From Octopus bimaculoides (lineage: Eukaryota), in NCBI RefSeq assembly GCF_001194135.2, contig NC_068982.1, forward strand, positions 150,976,660 through 151,040,659: a stretch of DNA of 64,000 nt, written 5' to 3'. Below, one piece after another: positions 1 through 12,719 of the stretch. The number at the start of each line of letters is the position of its first letter. The first letter of the stretch is position 1. Below the pieces are notes generated by a model, which had not been told where the DNA came from, made no database searches, and saw only the letters and a list, made by a program, of their open reading frames with translations. A program made the translations under genes and the position numbers.

Positions 1-705
1 ATGATATTAATAATACAATAATAATATTTGTCTGGTACTTTTGATAAAATATCGAAAATGATCAACCACACATTCAATTCTATACCACATATTTCTAATC
101 AACCATAACAAGGTATCTTTAATCTCTGATATACCATTTTGCTGTGAACCATCTCTCTTCTATTGTTACTGTACAGATTATAGTCAAGTCTGTTACTCAC
201 TGGACTCATTCTCAGATTCTTCACAGTCATTATTTCTCCTCTTTAAACATTGTACCGAGCCTTACAAGCTGTCCTCCATTTTGAGGATGTCAATAGTGTA
301 GAATCATCTTTTCACTCTAATTCTTCAAGCTCCATGTTAAATGTTAAAATCAGTCTTCTGACACCATCTTACTAATAGCTCAATAAGCTAGGTTAGATCT
401 GTCTTATTCCAACTTAAAAACAACAGCAACAACAACAACAACAACAACAATGACAATATACCATTAATTTACAGATGTCTGCTTATATAATTAACTCTGT
501 AAAATTAATTAACTAACAATTCTTTATCAGAAGAGAAACATTTTAATAAATGAAACAAAACTAAAATAAAAATTTAAATTACAATAAATTTCAGAAACAG
601 AAAATAAAAAACAAACAAACTGTAAATCATGCACACAAACACAAAATTGTAAGAACCCCAATATAATCACATACATGCACGTGTATGTGTTTATTATAAT
701 ATATG

Positions 706-745
<40 letters not shown>

Positions 746-1185
746 TATATACATATGTGTCCACACACACATATATACAAGGATATTTACACATATGCAC
801 ATTATCTTTTCTCTCATTTCTTTCGTGTTATCTCATTCTTACCTATCCAATCTCCCTCCATCCATTCCCAGCTTGCCACTTCATGTTTCTAGTGTATCCC
901 CATACTGCTCTTACCTCTCTGCTCACCAAGTGAATGCATATATTCTTTTTACTCTTCATAATTTGCCTAAGGACATTTAATCATCTCTTTTTCCTTCCAT
1001 GTCATACTTGTTGCACTTTTGCATTGTGTTTTGCCAGTTGTAGTTTCATTGCAATTGAATAATGCTTTATTTTATTGAAAAACTTATGTTTTATTTAATT
1101 TCATCAAATTACATTTTCCTTTTTATTCTAGCTACTAGTCTTAACCATAATTCCTTTCCCTGTTCTTGCTTTTTCTCTGTTCCAG

Positions 1186-1229
1186 TCACCAAGACTTCAA
1201 TAAGTTTTTGGCTTGTCTCTATTGTATCG
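1186..1229 (+). CDS. Gene B exon, HQDFNKFLACLYCI
   Basis: Acceptor cttgctttttctctgttccag, donor CG|gtaacc. 44 nt, phase 2 to 1 frame open. Confidence 0.5.
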
Positions 1230-2070
1230 GTAACCTTACAACTATACTGAATAGATTGTTGATACTACTAAGATAGCAGTTCTAGCTCAAGGTATTGAAA
1301 CAAATAGAATATTTGGTGAGATAGCTAATGAGGACTAAATTTTGATTTGCTGTGTAATTCATATGATTTTGTTGTTTGTACCCATTACTTGATACACAAA
1401 CATGCACTAAGGAAAATATATCACTGCTTGGAAAATAAACAATGCAGTTGATAGTCAATTTCTTGAATGAAAACCATGATAATTCTGCATAAATTTATCA
1501 TTTCAAACATCATCATCATCATCATCCTCATTTAATTCCATTTTCCATGCAGGCATGGGTTGCATGGTTTGACCCAATATATACATTATTTTTAACAAAC
1601 ACCTATTTCAGTCACAGCAACACAATTCTATCGATATATATATATACATATTAGCAATGTGTATATCATACTTAAAGCATATATACTGTCGAAAGCCTTC
1701 TAAACTGTGGTATTTTTCTTGAGAAAGCATCTCTTACAAGCAAAAATCATCCAGCAGAAGCATTGAGACTGTTAAATCCAGATTTCTGCTTCTTTGAGCT
1801 TCATCAGTAGCAAGTATTCACTGACACCAGGAGCTAAGTGAAAATTGGTTACGAGCTGATAGAATTAAATTCGATATTGTTTGATAGCTTGCTTGAGCCA
1901 AATTAAATGATAAGCAGGGAGATGCATTAGATAAGGTGTAGAGATATGATGTGGACACACATGCTAATTTCACTACATTGAAACCTCTAATGAAATAAGC
2001 AATTATTATTGCTTAGACTCTACAGTAATAATCATTTTGATAATGCTCTAATAAATAAAATCATATAGAC

Positions 2071-2220
2071 ACAGGCATGGTTGTGTGGTCAGAAGTGTGC
2101 TTTCCAACCACATGGTTCTGGGCTTAGTCCCACTGTGTGGCACCTTGGGAAAGTGTTTTCTATGACAGCCCCTTGTGAGTGGATTTGATGGACAGAAATG
2201 AAAAGAAGCCCATTGTATAC
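2071..2220 (+). mobile_element. tRNA-derived SINE, family 1 (central ...accttgggcaagtgtcttctactatagcc... domain), decayed
   Basis: Matches copies at 3108-3245, 34286-34450 and 57745-57898. tRNA-like head. The central domain resembles the Nin-type SINE domain from memory (not verified). Confidence 0.8.
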
Positions 2221-2237
2221 ACACCCACACACATATA

Positions 2238-2705
2238 TATGAGGTGGTATGTAAAAGTTCTCAGACTAGTCCTGTAGTGTGCCAACAGATGGCAACACAT
2301 GGTTGCATGTACAGTGAGAGCTAACTGTGACCTTCATGAGACAGTGTGCCAAGTGACATTGCTGTATTTACTTTGCAGGTTATGAAATTTATGCTCTTGT
2401 GATCATGTGTATGCTGTAGTCTGTGATTCTGCATTGAACAGGAACAAAGAGCCAATGTGAAACTTTGTGTTAAACTTGGAAAGTCTGCTACAGAGACACT
2501 GAGCATACTTCAGTAAGCTTACAGCGGCAAAGTTGTACACGATGTTGCGAGAGACATGGGCACTTAAAAAGCGTAAAAATGTCCTTGGAAGACAATGAGT
2601 ACCTGGAAGACCTGCTACAAGTGTCACTCCTGAAAATGTGGTATTGTACATCAAGAATTCCACCCCCAAGACCAAACCGTCAATCAATCGGTGTTTTGTG
2701 TTCAC
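2238..2705 (+). mobile_element. Mariner (DD34D-type) transposon 5' fragment with internal deletion
   Basis: TIR-like start tatgaggtggtatgtaaaagttc. Decayed EQRANVKLCVKLGKSATETL N-terminus, followed by HQEFHPQDQTVN-like sequence. Confidence 0.75.
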
Positions 2706-3081
2706 CATCAGACCCTGGCAGAAATTTTTCTCGTCTGAGAAAAACCAAAGCATGTTCGGTTGGTTGGAAGTGATGGTTGAGTTTGTTCAAAAGCTTTGTA
2801 ATGTGGTCTTTCCTCTTGTCCTTGATGGCTTGGGATAAAAATTGACCCTTTCACCCAAACACTGAAATGTTCATACTGGAGCTTCTGGCATGAATGCCAA
2901 ACAGTACAGTGTGTCATTTCCAAATTTCTGGTAGAGTGAATTGCATCATGGTGCTGTTTTTCTCACAGATGGTGCCCAACTGATCCTACTGTACTGTGTA
3001 GCCAACAAAATTGAAAACAAACAATGCGCATGCATGAAATTAAAAATATAAAATGGTGCAATTTACTCATCACACCCTGTA
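2706..3081 (-). mobile_element. Tc1/mariner DD37D (maT-like) transposon fragment
   Basis: Terminus TACAGGGTG and a WFFSDEKNF motif in ORF 2403-2753. Confidence 0.65.
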
Positions 3082-3334
3082 TATAGACACACACACACAC
3101 ACACACACAATGGGCTTCTTTTAGTTTCTGTCTACTAAATTTACTTCAGTTGACCCAGGGATATAGTAGAAACACTTGCTCACTGAGTATGCAGTGGGAC
3201 TGAACTTAAAACTGCATGGCTGGGAAGCTTTTAATCACTGTCATTCCTCATAGGTACAGATTCCATTGTGTGGTATAGAATATCATTTCACAACCATATA
3301 GTTTTTACAACATTTGTTTCACATATTAACATAG

Positions 3335-3525
3335 CCGGTGGCACATAAAAAGCACCCACTACACTCTCGGAATGGCTGGCATTAGGAAGGGCATCCAGCT
3401 GTAAAAACATTGCCAGACCAGATGGGAGCCTGGTTCAGCCGCTGGCTCTCCAAACCTCAGTCAAATTGTTCAACCCATGCCAGCATGGAAAACAGACGTT
3501 AAGCGATGATGATGATGATGATGAT
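3335..3525 (+). mobile_element. RTE LINE 3' tail fragment ending in (GAT)n
   Basis: aaagcacccactacactctcgg...gttaagcgatgatgat, shared with the long RTE copies. Confidence 0.85.
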
Positions 3526-4318
3526 GAAAAAAAGACCTTAGCATTTCTTCATTTGCAAGGCCTCTTGAAAGTGAAAGTATTTACTTTGTGAAAACGAGGT
3601 GGCTTAAAGATCAATAAGTGAAAGTCAAAATGACACTGTAAAAAATGACAGACAGCTGGTTAGATGCAATGGAAGTGTCTGGTAGGACATTGTCATTACT
3701 GAAGTGAGATCCACCAAATATTTTAATTAAATTCTTATGTGAGCAAAGAATAGCTATTAACCTCTCAGGTGTACTGAAAGTTAATAGACGAGACAATGAT
3801 TACATGAGATGCAGATACTTTTCCTGAAAGTGATGGTGTCCTTCATTACATTTGACTTAGTCCTGGTTGTTATGAGAATGTAAAGCTTAGTGAAGACTTG
3901 CATCATACAGATTGATACCTGTGGAGATTTATCAATAGAGTTTGTTGTAAGAAACTATCATTGCAAACACATTTTTTCCAAAGAAATTCTATCTCTTTTG
4001 CAAGTAATTGAGCTCCTGCATTATTGGGTGTATAACATGATGTGCATTAAAGTAATAGCTCATAAAACACTTCCATTTTTTCTCACAAAGGAAAAAACAC
4101 TTTTATTTTTTGACCTGGAAAACACATACATTTGGCAAGATAAATACTTTCACTTTCATGTATCACTAGAAACGAAGAAGCACTAACTTTCCATATTTAA
4201 AAGGATGTTATTATAAATAGTGGAGTGAATTCAATTATTTCATTTGAGAGTTTTCCGAAGAGAAGAAATAAGAGAAATAATAAAATCTAATGCTTTCTCT
4301 CTCTCTCTCTCTCTCTCT

Positions 4319-4355
<37 letters not shown>

Positions 4356-4365
4356 NNNNNNNNNN

Positions 4366-4405
<40 letters not shown>

Positions 4406-4769
4406 TAATGCATGCATGTATGTATATATATATTAATAAATGTTAACTTTTGTCCATGTATCCACATCTTTCTAGTTTATATATAAAACAAAACAAAAAA
4501 AGGAGTGCAATTTCTTTCAACTCAAGAGCAAACAAAAAGAAACCCCTAAAAAACGACGAATTCATATATACATACATCTATATTAATAAGTGTGAATTTC
4601 TGTGCTTGTGTTCATGTAGATTTCTGGCTTATAGACACATTCTCCCAGGGGAAGGGGTGGGGTGGTTCTACCCCCCTACAAATTGCAAATCAGGCTAGCC
4701 CTAGGAGCGTTTGCTACTTTAGCCCACCAGCCAGTGGTACAGCTTTGGCCCACCGTGTAACACTTTTAG

Positions 4770-5990
4770 TTTTATGATTAGCAAAATGTGAACCAAGAAG
4801 GAAAGGAATTTCAACCATGTTTCGTGGTCTGCTACCACAACAGCTCCTTTATAGGATCCAGTTAGCTCAAGACATCATCAGGAAGAACCACGTCCGGTTT
4901 CGGCCCCTACTCCTCTACCGTTTTGACGTGGCGGGGGCCCCCCCCTTTCAGAGGTGTCTTCAGCTCTGATGTTGGGTGCGTGTCTTCTTTCTTCTATTCC
5001 CTGGCCTCTTCGATGCAGCATCAACGAGTGTCAGCGTCCGACTGATTGTCATTTCAAATTCCCCTTTTTATACCTGCTTCTAGGCTCCAGCAGGCTGCCC
5101 CAGCAAGTTGTCATGTGACACTGTCTAAATTTCCCGCTNNNNNNNNNNNNNNNNNNNNNNNNNNNNNNNNNNNNNNNNNNNNNNNNNNNNNNNNNNNNNN
5201 NNNNNNNNNNNNNNNNNNNNNNNNNNNNNNNNNNNNNNNNNNNNNNNNNNNNNNNNNNNNNNNNNNNNNNNNNNNNNNNNNNNNNNNNNNNNNNNNNNNN
5301 NNNNNNNNNNNNNNNNNNNNNNNNNNNNNNNNNNNNNNNNNNNNNNNNNNNNNNNNNNNNNNNNNNNNNNNNNNNNNNNNNNNNNNNNNNNNNNNNNNNN
5401 NNNNNNNNNNNNNNNNNNNNNNNNNNNNNNNNNNNNNNNNNNNNNNNNNNNNNNNNNNNNNNNNNNNNNNNNNNNNNNNNNNNNNNNNNNNNNNNNNNNN
5501 NNNNNNNNNNNNNNNNNNNNNNNNNNNNNNNNNNNNNNNNNNNNNNNNNNNNNNNNNNNNNNNNNNNNNNNNNNNNNNNNNNNNNNNNNNNNNNNNNNNN
5601 NNNNNNNNNNNNNNNNNNNNNNNATCTTCTCTTGAATAGCGCTGTCATTTTCCTTTCAATGAAGCCTCTAGCCCCCACTGCCAGATGGTAGTACTCGACA
5701 GTCCATCCCTGTTCTCTGCACTCTTCGATTAATTTCTCGTATCTCTTCTCCTTTCGTTTCTCTGCATTGTCGATGTTTTCTTCCCATGGTACTATCAGTT
5801 CTAACAAGATTCCTATTCTCCATTCTGTGTTCCATATGACTAAGTCTGGTCTTTTTGTTGTTTTTATAAGTGGAAAAATTGCTAGACTTCCCAAATCCGT
5901 GGCCAGCTCCCAGTATCCCTTCCATCTTTCATCTATCTCAAATATTTTATTTGGAGGCCTGATCTTAACAAAAATATAACAATAGATATG
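4770..5990 (-). mobile_element. 5'-truncated non-LTR retrotransposon with restriction-like endonuclease (HERO/NeSL-type), with gap
   Basis: RPDLVIW...LLELIVPWEENIDNAEKRKEKRY...GWTVEYYHLAVGARGF is a PD-(D/E)xK RLE domain. GC-rich 3' region. Confidence 0.8.
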
Positions 5991-6267
5991 GATATTGGTT
6001 GGGGAATTACATTTAATGTATTTGTTTTTCAAGATTCTCGATATGAAATTGTGTGTTGAAACAAATATTGTTATATTTAGGGTTGGACATATTTTGCTAC
6101 TTAAATGTATCCTTTTGTCACATCCTGTGATCTTTTCAACAACTCTTTATTCCATGTGTCTCCTCTTGTCCTACTTATTTAATTTTGTCTTTCAGAATGA
6201 CAAAGTGGAATAAGCAGAACAAGAGAAGATACATGAGATAAAGAGCCATTGAAGTGGTCACAGGATC

Positions 6268-6560
6268 ATCATCATCGTTTAACATCCACTTTCCATGCTA
6301 GCATGGGTTGGACGATTTGACTGAGGACTGGTGAACCAGATGGCTACACTAGGCTCTAATCTGATTTGGCAGAGTTTCTACATCTGGATGCCCTTCCTAA
6401 TGCCAACCACTCCGAGAGTGTAGTGGGTGCTTTTACGTGCCACCGGCACGAAGGCCAGTCAGGAGATACTGGCAATGGCTACGCTCGAAATGGTGTATTT
6501 TACGTGCCACCTGCACAGGAGCCAGTCCAGCGGTACTGGCAACGAACTCGCTCGAATGTC
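6268..6560 (-). mobile_element. RTE LINE 3' tail fragment
   Basis: (CAT)n then the reverse complement of the RTE 3' UTR, including tandem units. Confidence 0.85.
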
Positions 6561-7054
6561 TTTTGTGTGACAAAAGAGCTTTGACAAAGAAACTAAAATA
6601 ATAATAAAAATAAATCTGAACTGAAGACCAAATATATATAGTATGCGTGTTTCATTGGCAAAATATGACCATCCCCAAGTATAACAATAATTATATTTAA
6701 CCTATTCAGAAATTGAATGACAAGCAATGAGAGTAATATTTTTAGAACTCCTTTAACCTTTACATATGTTTTGGTATAAAAAAACAACACTCTTCTGGTT
6801 ATTTTGGGATAAGACACTTCTGTGTAATAATCTTGTTGATCAAATCCCTTCCCTTCAGATGAAATCCATGGAATATGAAGTGATAGTCAGTTACCTCCAA
6901 CTGAATCAATTTTTCAAGAAGAAAAATTTTTTTTTATATCATGTGTCAAATTATTTTACTTTCAAGCAGTTTTTAGAATTTAAATTAGAATTTGTGAATG
7001 GTAAAAATTATATTTACTTAAACTGAAACATTAGAAAAATGGTACTTATCAATA

Positions 7055-7105
7055 TCAAGATAGAAAGGGGGCAAATTCAAATTGAATATGAAGAAAATCA
7101 ATATA
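7055..7105 (-). CDS. Possible gene A terminal coding exon, YIDFLHIQFEFAPFLS*
   Basis: Strong acceptor tttttttttctttcag and a phase 0 reading that ends in TGA. Other phase-0 acceptors exist, and the gene may continue beyond the window. Confidence 0.25.
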   Translation of the reverse strand, partial: YIDFLHIQFEFAPFLS

Positions 7106-7699
7106 CTGAAAGAAAAAAAAATCAAAAACTAAGATAACAAAAACCTTTAGATTCCAGTAAAAAGATAAGGAAGGTACCTGTGAAGTTTTAGACATAACAA
7201 ATCACTCAAAATCAGTAATACTAAGGCTCCACTATTGTTCCTGTAGTTGGAGAATGAAGGGAGATGATCAAGAGTTGAGAGGATCTTTTAGTTTTCTTGA
7301 AGACATTCAACCTCTCTAGTGTTGGTGCTATAATAAAGCGCACCCAATACACTGTGAAGTGTCTGATGATAACTCCCTATTAAAACTGACTTGGACTAAA
7401 GCAATCTGTTCATCCAAACCAGCATAGAAAAAGCACATAATATAATGATGCTGATGGTTATATCTATTCTGTTGCAANNNNNNNNNNAAAAAAAAAAAAA
7501 AAAAAAAAACGGAAAAAGATTAAAATGTTATGATTTATCACCTTCCTTCTTTATTGATATATATGTCTGTGTGTTTCTTTATTGATATATATGTTTGTGA
7601 GTAAGGTGACATCATGATTTATTTACATTTCATGCATGACACAAAATTACTTTTCTGTGTTGATACAATAATATCATTTTTCAATTTTCAAGCTTTCAG

Positions 7700-7729
7700 T
7701 TACCAGAAAGGAAGTGAAACCTATACGAG
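7700..7729 (+). CDS. Gene B 30-nt micro-exon, (V)TRKEVKPIR
   Basis: Acceptor caattttcaagctttcag, donor GAG|gtaaaa. Phase 1 to 1, joins 1229 and 14054 in frame. Confidence 0.5.
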
Positions 7730-8119
7730 GTAAAAGGAAGCTTAACACTACAGTGTACAGTTTTCACTAACATAGGAGACTTTGAATTTTAATGAGATAA
7801 TGATTATATTTGTTTTCCATGATACCACGAATTAGATGAAAATGATATTATAAATGCATACATGTGTGTGTGTGTGTGTGTGTGCATGCACAACAGTAGA
7901 TAAGAGAAAATCTGAGATAAATTTAAAGAAGTTGTTTGGCCTTTTATGAAACTTTCAACAGATAAAATTATATCTTGTTATTCTTGTTGAGCATAGAAAA
8001 ATAAACGGAACTGTGCTGACATGTTTCGTGTTTGTTGGCTACTCAAAGAACATGTATCCCCTAATTCCACAGCCCAAGGAAGGAACTTATGCAGATAGAG
8101 ATAAGATTAAATATCATTC

Positions 8120-8537
8120 ATCATCATCATCATCGTTTAACGTCCGCTTTCCATGCTAGCATGGGTTGGACGATTTGACTGAGGACTGGTGAACCAGATG
8201 GCTGCACCAGGCTCCAATCTGATTTGCATAAGTGGGCTGGCTACACCCCTGGCAGAGGCCTTGGATTTAGGTCTCACTTGGCTTGCCGGGTCTTCTCACG
8301 CACAGCATATTGCCAAAGGTCTCGGTCAGAAGTTATTGCCTCGGTGAAGCCCAANNNNNNNNNNNNNNNNNNNNNNNNNNNNNNNNNNNNNNNNNNNNNN
8401 NNNNNNNNNNNNNNNNNNNNNNNNNNNNNNNNNNNNNNNNNNNNNNNNNNNNNNNNNNNNNNNNNNNNNNNNNNNNNNNNNNNNNNNNNNNNNNNGAGCC
8501 TACCTCTTTCACAGGTTCCCTCAACTGCTAGGGTGTG
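8120..8537 (-). mobile_element. RTE LINE 3' fragment with internal deletion and gap
   Basis: Tail joined to ORF-end sequence LGFTEAITSDRDLWQYAVREKTRQAK. Confidence 0.8.
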
Positions 8538-8545
8538 AGTAAATA

Positions 8546-9402
8546 TTTCTGCTGGCAACTAAGGGCCTCTCACTCAGGATGAAAGGTAGACTGTACGATG
8601 CATGTGGGCGAACTGACATGCTACACGGCAGTGAAACATGGGCCATGACTGCTGAAGACATGTGCAGGCTTGCAAGAAATGAAGCTAGTATGATCTGCTG
8701 GATGTGTAATGTCAGTATGCATACACAGTAGAGTGTGAGCGCCCTGAGAGAAAAGTTGGACGTAAGAAGCATCAAATGTGGTGTGCAAGAGAGACGACTG
8801 CACTGGTATGGTCATGTGTTACACATGGATGAGAACAACTGTGTGAGGAAGTGCCACTGTGGAAGGAACCTATGGAAGAGGTAGACCCAGGAAGATATGA
8901 GATGAAGTGGTGAAGCATGGCATGTCCAGCCCATTTAAGAGTACCCTTGATTCATTGGGCATTATGATATGCTTGAGAAGACCTGTTAAGTCAAGTAAAA
9001 CCAAAATCGTAGTTGTGGCCAGTTCCCCCTGACTGGCTCCTGGTCCGGTGGCATGTAAAATGCATCAGCCGAACATGGCCAATGCCAGTACTGCCCTGAC
9101 TGACTTCCATGTCGGTAGCATGCATCTGAATGTGATTGATGCCAGGGCCACCTGATTGGCTCCCGTGCCAGTGGAATGTAAAAGGCACCATCTGAACGTG
9201 GCTATGCCAGTACCCACTGATTGGCTCCTGTGCCAGTGGCACATAAAAAGCACCTGCTACACTCTCGGAGTGGTTGGCATTAGGAAGGGCATCCAACTGT
9301 AGAAACATTGCCAGATCAGATTGGAGACTGGTGCAGCCACTGGCTCTCCAGACCTCAGTCAAACCGTCCAACACATTGCAGCATGGAAAACGGACGTTAA
9401 AC

Positions 9403-9437
<35 letters not shown>
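8546..9437 (+). mobile_element. RTE LINE 3' portion (ORF end, 3' UTR, (GAT)n tail)
   Basis: Colinear with 22690-23550. Ends in a long (GAT)n. Confidence 0.9.
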
Positions 9438-9443
<6 letters not shown>

Positions 9444-10194
9444 GTTTGTATTAGAAAAACAAAGAAAAAATAGTTAAAAATAGAATTTTTTCGCCTTTCA
9501 TAGTGGGCAGAAGAAGGATGCTTTGTATTTCATTTATTTTACTGTGTACAAAGAGAATAACAAAATGTATTCACATTTGTTTAAATTTCCGCAACACACA
9601 CACACACTGATTTTTAAAAAATATTTATTTGAGTGCACGTAGCTTGGAAGTGACCTGGGTGTACTTCCTTAAGGATTTCTTGAGTCAGTCCTGCTTCATT
9701 TTTACTGGGCTTCAATGTGCTGAAATTTTCCAATTATAGATAATGGATTTTGAACTTAGGATGCACAGAGCTGAAAAAGATGTTACAAGGCATCTTATTT
9801 GATGCTATATCATTCTACCAATCCACCACCCTAGACTGGTACTTAATGTAATGATCTCAAAAAAAATAAATTGCAAAGTTGACCTGGTTGGGACTTGAAC
9901 TCAGAGCACAAAGACCAAAAGGAATATTACAAGGTATTGTGTCTAACATGCCAATTGAATGCCATATGCACACACATAACATACATATAGAAATATACTT
10001 ATATATACACACAAGCATACACACTCACAAATATGTAGGTACATAATTAAGAACAGAAAGAAAGAACAAAGAGAGAAAAAAGGAAATCAATAAGTCTCCA
10101 AGAAAGGAAGTAAACAAAGGAAGTAAACAAAGATAGAATTATGCAGATAGAGAAAGATCGACAAAAGTAGGGAAGTAATTTATAAAATGCTTAC

Positions 10195-10274
10195 TTCATT
10201 GTTCATTTTTGCTGTCAATTCTAGCTTTTCTGTGATAAGGTTATTCCATTTCCTCCGGCTCTGTAAAGCATTCT
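10195..10274 (-). CDS. Gene A internal exon, (E)NALQSRRKWNNLITEKLELTAKMNNE
   Basis: Long polypyrimidine tract then cccag acceptor, donor GAA|gtaagc. 80 nt, phase 1 to 0, compatible with the upstream exons. Confidence 0.7.
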
Positions 10275-11193
10275 CTGGGTTTGGTAAGAAGAAAATAGCA
10301 AAGAAAATAAAATGAAAAATTAAATGAAAATAGAGAGAGAAAGTGGAGAGGAGGAAGAGAATAAATATACATTTATTGTCATTGCTTTAACATTTACTTT
10401 TCTATGCTGGCATGGGTCAGATGAGTGTATGGCTGGAGCAGAATTACCTATAGCTGGATACCCTCCTCAATAAGAAATATTAACTGTTATGAAATATGAG
10501 GATTGTACCTCAAAGCCAAACCCAACCTATTTCTAATCAAGGTAATAATCTCTCAGTCAATTCAACAATAATACAGCCCAGTCATGGTTATGTGGAGAAC
10601 TAGAAACAAGTTGGCATTTTGTTTACAAAGAGTGCATGTGGAAACATATCAAGAAGCATGGCGTGCTTTCTGCTGGAGCAGCAAGGTCATTATTTACAAC
10701 CACCAAACACATACACATACATATTTATGCAAATATTTATATATGCTTTGCCAATCTTCCCCTTCTGGTGCAGGAAGCCACTATATAATAATCTTTATAT
10801 GCATCCATCTATGTATATATGTACAGATACAAATATATAAAGTCATAAATGACAGAGGAATATTTTGATGGAATTTTATTTAACAATAAGAAAATATAAT
10901 ACAAATTATTTACATGCTTTTAAGTTACAAAACATTTTGTTGTGATATTAGAATTTTCTTATTGTTCAATAAAATTTCATCAAACTATATCTCTGTCATT
11001 TACGACTTTATATACTCCTTATCGTTTTCTCTTGTATTGTATCATACTATATATTCTATATGTTTTGTAGAATGATACATTAAAGAGCTTTTTTTATGAG
11101 TTCTACCGGATTACTTGAATCCATATCCTGCGACTTACATTTATATATACACACATACACACACACACACATATAGATATATTTATGATATAT

Positions 11194-11235
<42 letters not shown>

Positions 11236-11238
<3 letters not shown>

Positions 11239-11380
11239 TGTTAGGAAGGGCATCCAGCTGTAGAAACTCTGCCAAATTAGATTGGAGCCTGGTGTTGCCA
11301 TCCGGTTTCACCAGTCCTCAGTCAAATCGTCCAACCCATGCTAGCATGGAAAGCGGACGTTAAACGATGATGATGATGAT
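11236..11380 (+). mobile_element. Young RTE tail insertion in a (TA)n tract
   Basis: Near-identical to 27085-27250 and 45080-45255, with CpGs intact. Confidence 0.85.
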
Positions 11381-11427
11381 ATACACACACATATATATAC
11401 ATATATCTCCTGCTCTCTCTGCCCTTC

Positions 11428-11545
11428 TCTATACATTGGGCAACTGGGACGCCGCTTGGCTGACCGGTTCATGGAACACCTCCAAGACATCTGACTCGAC
11501 AATGTCACCCCAGTCTTGCGCCGTTTCCACTCTAGCATAAAATTG
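11428..11545 (+). mobile_element. Penelope-like element GIY-YIG endonuclease fragment
   Basis: Translates LYIGQLGRRLADRFMEHLQDI*LDNVTPVLRRFHS, matching the GIY-YIG YIGxTGRxLxxRFxEH pattern. Confidence 0.7.
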
Positions 11546-12719
11546 ATGGAGTACTGTAATGGTTGGATCCTTTGAAGACAGATAGACAGGTGCACACACA
11601 CATACACACACACACACACACACACAGAGACAAATAGACACAGACAGACACAGACACACACACACATAGACAAGCATACAAGCAGACATATAGAGAAGCA
11701 CACAAAGACAGACAGATACACACACACACACACACACACAGAAATTATCAAACATACATACATTCAGACAGACAGACAGACAGACAGAAATGCAGACGTA
11801 CACAAATAAACACAGAGAGAGCCAATCAGGTACATAGAGACATACAATCAAATTCACATACAGACACACAGTGAAACATACAAACACACAAAGAAATATA
11901 CAGGCATGCCAACACATACGGATACAGAGTCAGATATTGATACACTCACATACTAACAGATAGATAGAATTGATGGTATTTTTAGGTATGATGGGTAATT
12001 ACTGAAACTACTACTACCACTACTACTACCACTACTACTATCACTACATTTAGTTGGAAGGAACTAAATAAAAATACTGATTGAACATAGAACATAAACA
12101 ATTAAACAGTCAAGTTTATTATGTGGTTTTGAGAAGTTTGATTAGTAAATAACTGTAATCAAGTTTTTTTTCTGATTTTTTGATTGATAACATAATTGAG
12201 ATGGCAGATACCAGATTTCATATGAAAGAATCTAGAATAATCATAGCAAAATGACATTGCATGAAGTAATTGTAGAGAAAAACAAAATTGAACATGTGAA
12301 TTGTAAAAACAGAGTGGAGGAAAGGGTTGTGGTGGAATATTGAAGATGCAGATCCTTCGATAGTCAAGAGAGTGTTTTTGCAACACAACACAGCAATATT
12401 CAATGTAAATGGGTCAACAATGCAAGATGCCAGACCTAAATGTCAAATAACTGTTGAAAATACCTGGTTGCAGAAAAACAAAGATGCAAATAACAGTGAT
12501 GATGATGATGACGATGATGATTTTCTTTATTAACTATTTTTCTGACATTTATTTAATGTTTATTCATGTCTTCTAATAATAATGATTAACCTGCCCTTTT
12601 CTATTCCTCTTATAATGATAGTAATTTTGTTTGACACCTCTTCCTTGCAATTCCAAGTTTACTCATCCATTTATATTCATTTTCTGATATCTCTAAATCT
12701 GTCTTTCTTTTTCTTTCTT

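Noticed and set aside
12159-12480. ORFs 12159-12386, 12218-12403 and 12327-12533
   Set aside because: No consistent splice and phase fit, and they look like decayed LINE sequence.
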